Source: Raillietiella orientalis
Lineage: Eukaryota
Reading direction: 5' to 3'
Length of the DNA: 64,000 bases
Assembly: GCA_036172245.1 (NCBI GenBank)
Contig: JAYWIR010000022.1
Span: 1-64,000, forward strand
The notes under the pieces were generated by a model, which did not search any database, was not told where the DNA came from, and saw only the letters and a program-made list of their open reading frames with translations. Each line of letters begins with the position of its first letter. Position 1 is the stretch's first letter. Both the position numbers and the translations under genes were made by a program. Shown one piece after another: positions 1-11,547 of this stretch.

Positions 1-699
1 TGCAAGAAGCACGGACACGCTAAATGGAGCTGTCCGGACTTCGCAAATTGCAGAAGGATTCGTGGACTCTCTCCTGTGAGAGAGAGGAGTGTGAGGGAGG
101 CGGAACAGCCTCAGAAGATGGCAGGAAGGCCGAAGAAGACGAGGGAAGTCGCCCCGGCATCGGCGGACGGCTTCATAGAAGTCGGAAAGAAGGGGAAGAG
201 GAGGATGCTCGTCAAGGAGCAGGAAGCCTCTCTTACCCCAGAAGTAGCGGAAGAAGGCGAAAAAATGGAGACAGTCCAGGAGGAAGAGAAAGCAGCGAAA
301 GAAGTCACTCCGGTGTCGCAGGAGGCCCTGCAGTCCACCGAGGAGTTGACGAAGCTTTCAGAAGAAGTGATGGAGGTGCAAAGCGGGCCCCAGCAGGTGC
401 AAATCCTGCAGAAGATCTGTGATGCACAGGAAACTGTGAACCAGGTGGTGGAGGTGGCTGAACGAGAGAAGCTGGAGGAACAGCTTCTTGAAGTGAAGGC
501 CAACTTCTGCGCCAAGGTAGAGATAGAGGCTCTATCTCGGAAACTAATAGCGCGAGCCGAACACTCTACAGAAGAGGCGGAAGTAACCGACCTCACTGGG
601 ACGGAGAGTGACGCGGCAAGCGATAAACCCGCTCCTTCTTCAACGTCTGGGAGATCACGCTCTCCCAGACAGAAGAAGCTCAGGAAGGCCAAAAAGTAG
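1..699 (+). CDS. ORF1 (gag-like) C-terminal part, copy A
   Basis: Open frame 1-699 with a CCHC remnant, a Glu/Lys-rich region and a basic tail. Confidence 0.75.
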   Translation, partial: CKKHGHAKWSCPDFANCRRIRGLSPVRERSVREAEQPQKMAGRPKKTREVAPASADGFIEVGKKGKRRMLVKEQEASLTPEVAEEGEKMETVQEEEKAAKEVTPVSQEALQSTEELTKLSEEVMEVQSGPQQVQILQKICDAQETVNQVVEVAEREKLEEQLLEVKANFCAKVEIEALSRKLIARAEHSTEEAEVTDLTGTESDAASDKPAPSSTSGRSRSPRQKKLRKAKK

Positions 700-2105
700 G
701 TCTTCCCCTTTATGGCCTCATACCTATCGACCGCCAGGAGGCTGAACATCGCCTCCTGGAACGTAAACGGTTTGATCGACCAGACCAAGAGGAAGAGAAT
801 CGTGCGGACCATCGCACGACAAGATATCGTCTGCCTGCAGGAGACCCACAAGATGGGCCTCGAGGTGAGTCAGCGGATGGAACGGCGTTTCAATGGGCAG
901 ATGTTTGTCAGCGAGGGAGAACGGAACACGCAGGGTGTGGCGGTCTTAATCAAGAACCATTTGGCCCCCACTATCCTAGAAGTGTTCTGTCCCTTAGCTG
1001 GACGCATCATCGGAGTGCGACTGGCCTGGTCCGCTACTGTTCACCTTATTTTGGTGAGCGTGTACGGACCACACAGGCTAAAACATCGTTGCGCGGAGTC
1101 GCTGCATGCAGCACTCCGGGAAAAGGTCGTGCCCAAGGACGTCGTGATCGTCGCTGGCGATCTGAACATCCTGGACGAGATTACACATTCCCAGGACGCC
1201 AGAGGAAGGTCGGCGTATCGTCGGCTATCCGACGAGTTCGGATTGTTGTGGCGAACAGCAAGCCACAAGCCGATCGATCACGTCCTCCATAGCACGGAAT
1301 TAGGGAATCGTATTCTGGGTTTTCGCGACATACCCACCACCCTGTCCGATCACCCGCTGGTGCGTTTTTCCCTAAGGACGGAGAATCCTCGGCGAAAGCA
1401 AGGCACCAGGGCAGCGCTCATCAGCATGCCCGTCTGGTTCGAAACACATCCTGGACATCAGGAGGTCCTAGAGGCGATTCTCAAAGCGACTACAATCCGA
1501 AGAGTCGCCGACTGGGACAGCCTGAAACACAGGATACACCTGTTTGCGAATATGCAGTTTGGCGATAGACGATTGAGGCAGGAAGCATACCGGGAGCTGA
1601 ACATCAAAGATCGCTCACTCTCCAAGTATTTCGAGGAATACGAGAGTCGGTATGTCTTCCATAATGTAAAAGGGGAAGTCGGCGTGCTGGAGACGAGGAA
1701 TCTGGCAACAGATATCTTCTGCATCCAGTACGCCGATCAAAGTCGGCACACGTCTGAAGATATTGTAGATGCCTTCGAAAGGCACTATACGGAACATTTT
1801 CGACGCGAACACCTGTGTTCGACTGCACAAAACACCTTCCTGGGCTATTTGGAAAAGAAGATCGACGACCTCCAGCGGAAGAGACTGGAGGAGGATATTA
1901 CTGAAGAAGAGGTGAAGACTGCGTTCGGTCAATTACGCAAGGATGTAGCAGCAGGCCCTGAGGATGTTCCCATCTCTCATTATCAGAGGTATCTGCATGC
2001 CTACCTGCGTTTATTCCACCAGTTGACCCTCTGCATCCGACAAGAAGGACGACTGCCGGAGTCCTTCTACGAGAGGAGCGGAGCGATCTGCCGACTGCCA
2101 AGAAG
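1..2105 (+). mobile_element. L1/Tx1-clade non-LTR retrotransposon, divergent family (copy A); runs off the window start and is truncated at the start of the RT domain
   Basis: ORF1 end with partial knuckle CKKHGHAKWSC at 1-33, followed 12 nt after its stop by an APE-type ORF2. Confidence 0.85.
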
Positions 2106-2109
2106 GTGA
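712..2109 (+). CDS. ORF2 N-terminal part (APE endonuclease, linker, start of RT), truncated, copy A
   Basis: Motifs SWNVNGL, LQETH, VYGP, GDLN, IDH, LSDH and ITEEEV..AGPED..LPESF. Confidence 0.85.
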   Translation: MASYLSTARRLNIASWNVNGLIDQTKRKRIVRTIARQDIVCLQETHKMGLEVSQRMERRFNGQMFVSEGERNTQGVAVLIKNHLAPTILEVFCPLAGRIIGVRLAWSATVHLILVSVYGPHRLKHRCAESLHAALREKVVPKDVVIVAGDLNILDEITHSQDARGRSAYRRLSDEFGLLWRTASHKPIDHVLHSTELGNRILGFRDIPTTLSDHPLVRFSLRTENPRRKQGTRAALISMPVWFETHPGHQEVLEAILKATTIRRVADWDSLKHRIHLFANMQFGDRRLRQEAYRELNIKDRSLSKYFEEYESRYVFHNVKGEVGVLETRNLATDIFCIQYADQSRHTSEDIVDAFERHYTEHFRREHLCSTAQNTFLGYLEKKIDDLQRKRLEEDITEEEVKTAFGQLRKDVAAGPEDVPISHYQRYLHAYLRLFHQLTLCIRQEGRLPESFYERSGAICRLPRR

Positions 2110-5100
2110 CTCCGCTGCCTCCATTTAAAGGCGTGGAGAAAGCGACGCTCCTAGAGGCGGCAGGAAAAACTCTGGAGGTTTCCGAGACGAAAGTCGCGGA
2201 AGCGTCCGAAAATCGTGACGGAGAATGGAAGGTTGTGGAGAGGAGTAAAGAAAAATCTCCCAAGAAGGCTTCGCAACCTCAATCCGTTAGCTCTTTGAAG
2301 GCAAAGAACAGCCGCGTGAACAAGAAAACACGCGCGGAGGGTTCTTCTGCCCAGGAAAAAGCCGGCGCCGTCAACGCTTGCAATTCCGCCTCTGTGAGCG
2401 CCGAGAAGACGATTCCGGTGCGATCGGACGGATGCAAACGCACGTCGATCGCGCGAGCATCAGACTCCGTAAAGGAGTCCGATAACGCCGCTGAACGACG
2501 AGTTACTCGCGCTGGAGCGAGCGGCCGCAGGGCTGAAGCCCTGAGGCGTGACACACTCGCCGAGGAACGGCGAGTGCTCACCCCGGAACCCACAGATTCT
2601 GCACCCGGGGAGCACTCAATTACGCGCAGCACGGTGGAGTCCGTTGGCGACCGCGCCCTCCAGCCAGTCGTGTTACTTACTGCCCGCTCGCCGGGTGAGG
2701 CGAGCACCACGGCCTCGCTTTCCCAGCCGTGATGAGGGCTATCGCGTCTTCTCGTCGTGTTGCCGTTGCGTGCTGGAACGTCAACGGTCTCCAACACGAC
2801 GAGAAGAGGTGACTAGTAGCTAACGCTCTGCGCGCCTTCGACTTGACGCTCCTGCAGGAGATTCACAGCATCTCCGAAGACCAGGCTTCCGAAATCGAAC
2901 TGCGTGCGGGCAGAACGCTACATTATAGGTTCGGCGTCGCACGTACATGCGGCGTCGCTTCCCTCGTACGAGGAACTTTGGCGGGAGCAGTGCGCGGCGT
3001 TCGCTTCGACACGGAAGGCCGAGTGGGACAGCTTGTACTCAAGTGGTCCGACTCGATCGACCTTGTCGTAACGAACGTGTACGCGCCCAGCGGTGCTGGA
3101 CGATGGGTCGAAAGGATTGAGTTCTTCGGTACCGTTCAGAGCCAGTGGCTCACTCGTTCTCACCCTACTGTGGCGCATCTCATTGCGGGGGACTTTAACG
3201 TCCACCTGCTGACCGGGAATAGCGCACACAAAAGGAAAAAGTTGCTAGTGGAAGAGATGTACGCGTCCGTGCACGCGTGCAGCTTGTTCGCTAAGGACCC
3301 AGTTATGGCGACATCACCGGACCATGTATTCCTCGATGAACACTTGCTCTCTCGAGTGGGTCGGAGATTTCCCATGCCGTCCGTGCTTTCAGACCACAAC
3401 AGGCTCGAGTTCGAGTTGCTCCCGCCAGGCAAGGGGCCTCCAAACTATGTTTGGAGGATGCCGGCAGACTGGCTAAGTCACCCGGACGCGGCGGAGCATC
3501 TTCTCCAGGACCTCCGCGGCTTCGCCATAAGTGAGCTCGCTAACTGGGACGATGTGAAAAGATCGGTCCGCGAGTTTTGCTGCCGGTTTCCCTTGCACCA
3601 GCTTACGCGCGGCTTCGGAGAGGGTGTAGCCAACAGCAGAGATTTTCTGCAGGCCCGCTCCTACTCCAGGCGCGCGGACGTTGGTCGATTATCCGAGTAC
3701 AAGGCCAAGGCCGAGCGCCAGGTCTGGTAGTCAGGGGCGACAGTTCTGCTCGACGACCAGGACCGGGAATGCTCGGCTCCAGCCGACGTGCGACAGATAG
3801 TCAGGCGCTATTACTCTTCTCTGTATGCAGAGGCACCAACGGTATGCAGTCTCTCCGAGCTGCTTCTGCCGATCGATGCACGTGTTGTAGACGAGGAGGA
3901 ACGCGCGCGTCTGGATGAGCCCTTCACGGCAGAGGAAATTTCCTCGGCCATCTCGGGAATCAAGAGACGACAAGAGCCATGCGAGGACAGACTATCCGCA
4001 GAATTCTTCCAGTGCTTTGCGGCGGAGCTCATCCCAATGGTGCTCCAACTCTCGTCGCTGATGCGAGACGCGGGCGATGTTTCCGCCTCGTTTCGCTCAG
4101 CGAAGGTGCGTCTCCTGCCCAAAGGCGGAGATTTGCGCCAACTGAACAATTGGCGTCCGATCACATTAGTGAATTCGGACGTCAAGTTGTTTTCGAAACT
4201 TTGGGTGGCGCGGATGGGGAGGATCGCGGAGTCTTTGGTAAGTCTGGAGCAGACCTACGCTGTTCCTGGGCGGTCCATGGACGCGAACCTCTTATTCATC
4301 CGCACATGACTGCAATTGCAGCATCGCGTGGCGATAGATCGTCGTTCGGAAGCGATGCCTTCGATCTCTCACCGACGGAGGCGCGGGTCGCAAAGGGAAA
4401 CACCGGGAGCCTTGGCGGTTGCAGTCGATTTGCAGAAAGCTTTCGATTGCGTGAACCAAAAGCTTCTTCTTGAGCTTTTGGAACGTCTGGGTCTTCCGGC
4501 ATCCCTGTTGGCGTACTTGCGCTCCTGCTGGCGCCACGCGATTACATCCATTGTTTTCAGTGGCTGTCACGTGTACGGCGTGCCGGTTAGGCGAGGAATT
4601 CGGCAGGGCGATAGCTTGAGCCCGCTGCTCTTTAGCATCTATTTTGAAATGGTTCTGGAGGCTGAAAGGCTGACGCTAGCCAACCTGCCGAGCTCCTCTT
4701 CAGGTACGCCGGCCGTGGCAGCCTATGCCGACGACCTGCTTCTCCTGCTACCCATGTCCACCCCGGCGACATCGCTTGATGACTTCTTTGAGTTGATTCG
4801 TCGCGGTGCGGGCGTGAGCGTTAACAGGAGTAAGTGTATGGTTGTTCCGGTGGGTGCGACGTGGGAGGGGCAGTCCGACTGGATCGACCTGGGGATCCCC
4901 ACGGGCAGGTACCTCAGGTACCTTGGCGTGCCGTTGGGCGACTTCTGCAACTCAGAAGCGTGGTCGGACTGTCTTCGGAAGGCAGAGCGTGCACTTGGCC
5001 CGTTTTCAGGATGCGAGTTCGTCTTGCCGGAACGGGCCTGCATCTGGAACACCTTCGTTGCCCCCCTCCTCCGCCCCCTGTTTTTTGTTTGTCCACCCCC

Positions 5101-6652
5101 CCAGGAAGTCAAAGTCTGGGCGCAGCGCCTTCTACGCAAAGCGTTGTGGGGCGCTGCAAGATCCCGTGTTAGACTTAAAGACTTGGTGGCGCCGCGTCAG
5201 GATGCAGGCTTGGGCATCCTCGACTTAAACAGCATCGAACTGCAGGTGCAGTTTCGCATGCTGCGGCTCTGTGCCAAGCTGTGGTGTACGCCGTGGTGCT
5301 TACCCGCACGCCTTATACTGAGGCGCTGCACGGGAAGCGAGGGACTGCTTTCGTTGCTACCCCACTTTCGGCACACCAGAATAGGGTTTGGCTTCCCGCT
5401 GAGGCAGCTGTCCTCACTGCTGGAAGCCCAAAGCTGGATCTCCTGCCGCCCCATGAACATTAATGCATGGCGGCAGGAATCTTTTTCATCGTGGGCAGCT
5501 TCCGAAGGAACGCGCCTGGAAGATCTTCGACGCCTGCGACTTCTCCTCAGTCATCAAATGGACGAAGTCATGCAGGACAAGAAGTTGTCCGATCGTCTGG
5601 CCGCCACACCACTCGCCGCAGCGCTGTCTGCCTCCAGGGCAAGCAACGACGGTTGCCTACCGGCGGAATGGGAGTTCTCCTGCAAAATAGCGGGAGTCAG
5701 TAAGCTCCTCGGCAGCTGGACGACAAAGGAGCTGGTGCAAGCCGCCACACCTCGCAATCGGGCGAAGAGACTGCTTCGGTGGAGCGAACATTTAAGTGTG
5801 CCCCCCGGAGAGATAGTGGTTCCCCCCGTTTGTTTGGACAGCTCCGTGTTCCCCCTTAAATGGAAACAAGATGTGCTGCTCTTTTTACATTGTGCATTTC
5901 ACTGTAATAGCAGCGAAGCATCGTTTCCGGGGGAGCTGCTTTGCCAAACTGTTTAAGGTGCGGAGAGATCGAGTCTTTTCCGCACCTTTTGCTGGACTGC
6001 GGTGACCTCCGGGAACTGTGGCGAAGGCTCACTTCGGCCATCATGCCACAAGGAGGCACTGCCATTGATGTGCTGCGGCGCTTCTTCAGCAGAAATGGAC
6101 TTTCGGTTGGCGCGATTGTCGCAACCATGTGTTGCGTTCGCGCCATCGTGAAGGCCCGCTACGCCCTGGAGTTGTCATCGCAGCGAAGGGAGGCTCACCT
6201 GCTTGCAGCTCAATTCATGGAGAAGGCTTCAAGGTGGTCTCATCTTCGTGACAAGGTGAATGAGGACATCACCGGCATACATCGCCGGTTTACACACCTT
6301 TGAGAACGGCGTAATCCGGTGACCCCTGCGACCTCTCGCCCACCCATACCCCGTCCCCGTTCGCTCGGTAAAATTTCCGGTGCCCATGCTTTTATCCCCG
6401 TGTCTTCCAGAGCGATCCCAAAGACCCTTATCCCGTCCTCCTTATTCATTGTTTTTATTTTATTTTGGTTTCTTTGTGTTTCCCGCCCCCCCACACCGTT
6501 CAAGAAACTGTTACTCTGGCCTGCGTGCCAGCAATATTCTCTTCATTCTTGTTCAGTCGTCGGTTGGGAGTTTGGTTCCCAACTGGTTTATTTTGTATAA
6601 TTGCTTTTTTTCGTTATGTTATATGGAATAAACGCCCCGGCGTGACCGGGTG
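2106..6652 (+). mobile_element. 5'-truncated Tx1-like element (copy B): ORF1 C-terminus, disrupted ORF2, 3' UTR and hairpin end
   Basis: ORF1 2106-2732 ends SLSQP with a TGATG overlap; ORF2 pieces 2843-3730, 3788-4309, 4316-5956 and 5941-6303; terminal motif 6627-6652. Confidence 0.9.
2732..6303 (+). pseudogene. ORF2 (APE-RT-Cys/His) of copy B, with stops and frameshifts
   Basis: LQEIH, GDFN, SDH, WRPITLVN, DLQKAFD, GIRQGDSLSP, YADD, YLGV, CLRCGEIESFPHLLLDC. Confidence 0.9.
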
Positions 6653-8545
6653 AGAAATCTCCCGGGCTTGATCTGCGGAGATCACGTGGATCTCCTGCAG
6701 CAGCACCAGGTCGAAGGATGCCAGGGTGGCGGCCACGTCACGCCTCTTGCCGTCGTCGCTTAGCCCGTTCACGTTCCAACAGGCGATCAGAAGACGACGG
6801 CGAGAGGCGATTCCCGGCATTATGGCTGGGAAAGTGGCGTCGCGGCACCTGCCGCGGGGCAGGTGTAGGACAGGTCCATCGGTACGAGGACGGAGGCCTC
6901 TTCAGGCGCCTGGGGTACCTGTTCGGCCTCCATCCTCACCATCCCCTCCGTGTCCGAGCGTGGAATTCTCTCGGGCGACGGGTCCCGGGAGTTTCCCACG
7001 CTCATGGCACCCTCGCTACCGGAAGCCATCTCTTCCCCTTCGTCGCGGGAGACGATCTTCCGGGGCATTGTGGACTTTCGTCCAGCCTTTTTGCGGGGTG
7101 CCGCGGAGATGGATGCTTTGTTTCCGGCCTTCACCTCGGGGTCGGAAGAGGCCGACTCCTGAGGGGAAGCCGGACGCCTGACGGCCTTCTTGCCAGCCTT
7201 GAGGGGAACCGGCTGCAACGAGGCAGCCAGCTCCTCCGCGGCGCGCTCGAAGGCGACGTCATCGAGCGTGGGCTCGATGACGGACGCCGCCGCCTCGCTC
7301 CCCTCCTTGTTGACTTTGTCAACGGAGGGTTGAGCAGGGGCAGCAGCGAGTTCTTTAGCGCCGCATTCGTCGATGGCGGGAATCCGCTCTACAACGACGC
7401 AGCAGCTTTTAATTTTTTCGCGGCGCAGAGCGGTTTCGCTCCGTTTCGCCACGTTCTTTCCCTTCTTATGGGAGTTTTTCTTGGGATCGACCTTCTGCCA
7501 CCCTGGCTCTTGACCCTCGCCCTCGACCTTTTCGGCGTTTTTCGCCGGGGTCTCGGGGCTGGCCTTCGCCTTGGTGGCGGAAGTGACCTCCTTAGCAGCA
7601 GCACGAGCTGCCAGCTTTTTCCTCTTTTTAGCCGCGCGCTTTCTCGCGTTTTTCGCGGACACGACGCGGACTGTGTTTTGGGGGCACACCAGACGGGTGT
7701 GCCCCGCTTGTTTGCATTGCTGGCACTGCACGCTCGGACACCTCATTTTAAGGTGACCAAAGCTGCTGCAGCAGCCGCAAAACTTGGGTTTCCCCACGTA
7801 CCACACGTCAACGGATTCACCGTTGACGGTGAGTTTGTGGGGAACCTCACATCCCTCGCGAACCGTCACTCGCGCTGCACCCAGGCCGCCAAGCAACCCG
7901 TCGTAATCGACAAAAGGAGTAGGCTTTCCCCACAGCGCGTGGACAGTTGCGAATTTTTCCAATTCGTTCCGGACGGCCTCCTTCGTCATCCGGAACGTGA
8001 TACCGGTCAGGTGAATGATCACCGACCGGTCTTCAGTAATTGGGAGAAGCCTCCGGCTGCCCATAATTACGGGGGTTCGCAGAAGTCTCTGCGCAAGAGT
8101 TGCCTCCTTGCAGATAACTTCCACAAATTGACCCCCGCTTCTGACGGACATAGCCAGAAGCTCCTCTTTCTGTACGCCGAGAACGCGCATCGCCTGTGAG
8201 AAGGCGCGCGCGTTCTCGGGAGAATATAGACCGCCTACCTTATATAGAAGGGGTGGGTTATACCCCTCCTCCAGGTAAGCGCGCATTTCCGCCATAGCCG
8301 CTGGCGTAGGTGCCGCAGCCACGGCGTTCCAAGCCCTGGGTAGGGCCGGGGGCGCATCCGTGCTGGCGGGAGCCTCCACTGATGCGGGAGCCCCCACCTC
8401 CATCTGCTCCGGGGGCAATGAGGTCATCGCCCCCGGATCCTCACCGGTGGTGGTATCAGGCATTGCTGCCTAATCCTCCACCCACACCACGCACAAGCAC
8501 CAACGGAAATGGAACTCAGGAGCAACGAAAAGACACGTCCGCTCG
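6653..8545 (-). mobile_element. 5' half of a Tx1-like element (copy C): 5' UTR, intact ORF1 and start of ORF2
   Basis: GCGGACGTGT at 8542-8533; ORF1 8463-6820; ORF2 stub MPGIASRRRLLIACWNVNGL...LQEIH cut by the 3' end of copy B. Confidence 0.9.
6820..8463 (-). CDS. ORF1 gag-like nucleic-acid-binding protein, 547 aa (copy C)
   Basis: Two CX2CX4HX4C knuckles (CGCCSSFGHLKMRC, CQQCKQAGHTRLVC); stop overlaps the ORF2 ATG (TAATG). Confidence 0.9.
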   Translation of the reverse strand: MPDTTTGEDPGAMTSLPPEQMEVGAPASVEAPASTDAPPALPRAWNAVAAAPTPAAMAEMRAYLEEGYNPPLLYKVGGLYSPENARAFSQAMRVLGVQKEELLAMSVRSGGQFVEVICKEATLAQRLLRTPVIMGSRRLLPITEDRSVIIHLTGITFRMTKEAVRNELEKFATVHALWGKPTPFVDYDGLLGGLGAARVTVREGCEVPHKLTVNGESVDVWYVGKPKFCGCCSSFGHLKMRCPSVQCQQCKQAGHTRLVCPQNTVRVVSAKNARKRAAKKRKKLAARAAAKEVTSATKAKASPETPAKNAEKVEGEGQEPGWQKVDPKKNSHKKGKNVAKRSETALRREKIKSCCVVVERIPAIDECGAKELAAAPAQPSVDKVNKEGSEAAASVIEPTLDDVAFERAAEELAASLQPVPLKAGKKAVRRPASPQESASSDPEVKAGNKASISAAPRKKAGRKSTMPRKIVSRDEGEEMASGSEGAMSVGNSRDPSPERIPRSDTEGMVRMEAEQVPQAPEEASVLVPMDLSYTCPAAGAATPLSQP

Positions 8546-11500
8546 ACGCTCCGGAATCTCCAGGACTGGGACCTTTTTAAGGAATCGGTCCGGGAGTTCT
8601 GCGAGCAGTTCCCCCTGGACCGCCTGCCCTCCGGATTCGGCGAGGGTCCTCGCAACCATCGGGCCTATTTACAGGCCCGTAGGTACGAGCGAACCCCTAA
8701 TGTCCGTCGCCTGGCCGAGTACCGCGCCGGGGCCGAACGCCAAGCCTGGCAATCCGGGTCGGCCAGCTTGCTGGACGACCAGGGCCGGGAATGTTCGTCC
8801 CCGGCGTCGGTACGGCATCTCGTGCGGAGTTATTATTCCTCCCTTTACGCCAGGGCGCCCCCGGATCAAGATGCCTCTCGGCTCTTGCTTCCAGATGGTG
8901 CCGCGGCAATAGGGGAGGAGCAGTCGTTAAGCCTCGATGAGACTTTTACCACCGGCGAAATTCTCGCCGGTATGAAAAGGCTCAAGAGGCGGAAAGCCCC
9001 AGGGGAAGACGGCTTGCCCGCGAAGTTCTATTCGCGGAAGAGCTGGCACCCCTGCTGCTTCAGCTGACAAGGCTGATCCGAGACGAAGGCGATGTTCCCG
9101 CCTCGTTTCGGTCAGCCAGAGTGAGGCTCCTTCCGAAAGGGGGAGACCTTAGGAATTTGAACAACTGGCGTGCGATCACGATTGTGAATACGGACGCCAA
9201 GTTGGTTGCCGGGCTATGGGCTTCGCGTCTGGGGCAGGTGGCAGAATCCATAATTAGCCCGGAGCAGACATATGCTGTTCCCGGGCGAAGTATGGATGCC
9301 AACCTCTTCTTCGCGAGCACATGGATGCACGCGCAGAGGTGTCAAAATGAAGGGAAAGGAAAAATCGGCAACCCCACTTTGGGGCCGCCAACAGGGCAGG
9401 GAATGGACTCCCGGGCGTGGAGGGGGCCTTAGCGCTCGCAGTCGATCTCCATAAGGCGTTCCACTTTGTTGACCAGGGGCTTTTGTTGGAGCTCCTGGGT
9501 CGCATGGGCTTCCCACCCTCCTTGATTACCTACCTGAGCTCTTGCTGGCGGAATGCGATTATCTCCATCTTTTTCAGTAGTCAGAAGGTGTATGGCGTGC
9601 CGGTGAGGCGGGGCATCAGGCAGGGCGATAGCCTGAGTCCCCTGCTCTTCAGCACCTACTTTGAGTTGGTGCTGAGAGCCTACAGGGTGACTTTGGCCTC
9701 CTTGCCGAGCTCGTGTCCCGGCACGCCCGCCGTAGCAGCCTATGCCGACGACCTTCTGCTCCTGTTACCTATGTCCACCCCGGCAAAGGCGGTCGGAGAC
9801 TTCTTCGATCTGCTCAGCCGTGGGAGCGGACTGCAGGTCCACAGGGCGAAGTCGTCGGTGGTGCCAGTAGGTGCGGCGTGGGCAGGGCAGCAGGACTGGG
9901 TCCGTCTGGGGATCCCCACGGCGAGGTGCCTCAAGTACCTTGGTGTGCCGTTGGGTGACCACTCCCCTGCGGAAGCGTGGTCCAGCTGTCTTCAAAAAGT
10001 TGAGACGGCGATCGGCCCGTTACTGGAAGGCAAGTTTCACTTGCCGGAACGGGCCGCGGTTTGGTACGCTTTTGCGGCCCCCATCCTCCGCTTCTTGCTT
10101 TTTGTTTGCCCCGCCCCCAGAGAATGCAAAAAGAGGACAAAGGACCTCCTCCGCATAGCCCTTTGGGGCAAGGGGAGGCCCCGAGTCCCTCTGAAGGACT
10201 TGTGCGCTCCACGTCGGGACGGCGGCCTAGGCCTCCTGACGCTGGAGCGCGTGGAAATCCAGCTGCGGTGGCGAACCCTCGCCATCGCAGCGAAGATGTG
10301 GAGCACCCCTTGGTGCGTTCCGGCCCGCCTCCTCGCCAGGCGTGTGTCTCGATGCGAAGGACTCGCGTCGTTTCTTCTGCGCCCTGGCCGGAAGATCCGA
10401 AGATGCGGCCTTATGCTCGGACGCATAGCAACCCTGGCGAAGACGAACGGTTGGATGGTTTGTGGCCCCGCCAACTCCTCCGCCTGGTTGGAGGAGTCTG
10501 CTGGCACATGGGCTAAGCAGAACCGGAGGAGTGAAAACAATATGAACTGCCTGCGAACCGGCCCATAAGCCAACCGCACCCTGCGGGAAATACTGGAATT
10601 TCCCAGGAGTCGCAGGTGGGCGTTGACGACCCCCCTTACTACGGCGATGCCCTACCTCCTGAGGGCGCTTCAGGATCGCCAGAAGCCGAGGTGGCAAGTC
10701 ACCTGCCAGATCGCAGGCAGGGAGAAGATGTTAAGCGGCTGGACCACAGGAGAACTGGCGGACGCCACGACCCCGAGCGTCCAGCCGCGTGGATTGATGA
10801 GATGAGGCGAGCTGCTTGCCATCCCTACGGATGTGCTGAAGTGGCCCCCGGTACTGAAGGAATCCAGGATCCTGCCCCTTAAGTGGCAAGAGTCGGCGTT
10901 GCTACTGTTGCACTGGGGTTTACCCTGCAACGCACGCCGCTTCCACTGGACAAGGGGAGCTGTGGATCCTGAGTGTGTCAGGTGCGGAGAGCGGGAATCG
11001 CTCTCCCACCTTATTGTGGACTGTGCTGCCATCCGACCCCTCTGGGAACGGTTCGGGGCGACCCTCGGGCTCCCTACGGGCAGCACCCCCAGAGACGTTC
11101 TTCGGTCCCTCTTCGTGAAGGACGCACTGCAGCCAGCCGCAGCCATCGCAGCCTTTTAGCTGTGTCTGTGGCATCGTGACGGCATGGAGCGACGCCAATA
11201 ACGAAGGAGTGGGTCCACACGCGAGGGATGTCATCCCATACGCCCAACGCTTCATGCGGAGAGCTGCCGGATGGCCCCAACTGGGGAATATACGAACGGA
11301 CCTCGAGGGCTTCCTTCAACGGATGGGCCCTCCTCACAGCGTTTAGTGATCCCTTCCCTGCCCTCCAACTTCTTTTTGTCTGTTTATTTTTTATTTTTCT
11401 TTTTGTTTTATCCCCATCCCTCTTCGCTGCTGAGGAACGCTACGCTGGGCTGCGTCCCGGCGTCCTGGCAGGTCCAGTGTATATGGCCGTGAGCGGGGCC

Positions 11501-11547
11501 TTGTACCGCGGATGTAGAGTTTTAACAATAAACGCCCCGGGCGTACC
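8546..11547 (+). mobile_element. 3' part of a Tx1-like element (copy D): disrupted ORF2, 3' UTR and hairpin end
   Basis: RT motifs in 9121-10568 (DLHKAF, GIRQGDSLSP, YADD); CVRCGERESLSHLIVDC; terminal motif 11527-11543. Confidence 0.9.

Noticed and set aside
6718..8199. Long antisense ORFs (for example 6718-8199, 24370-25734, 33609-34850)
   Set aside because: Shadow frames of GC-rich retroelement ORFs, without recognisable motifs
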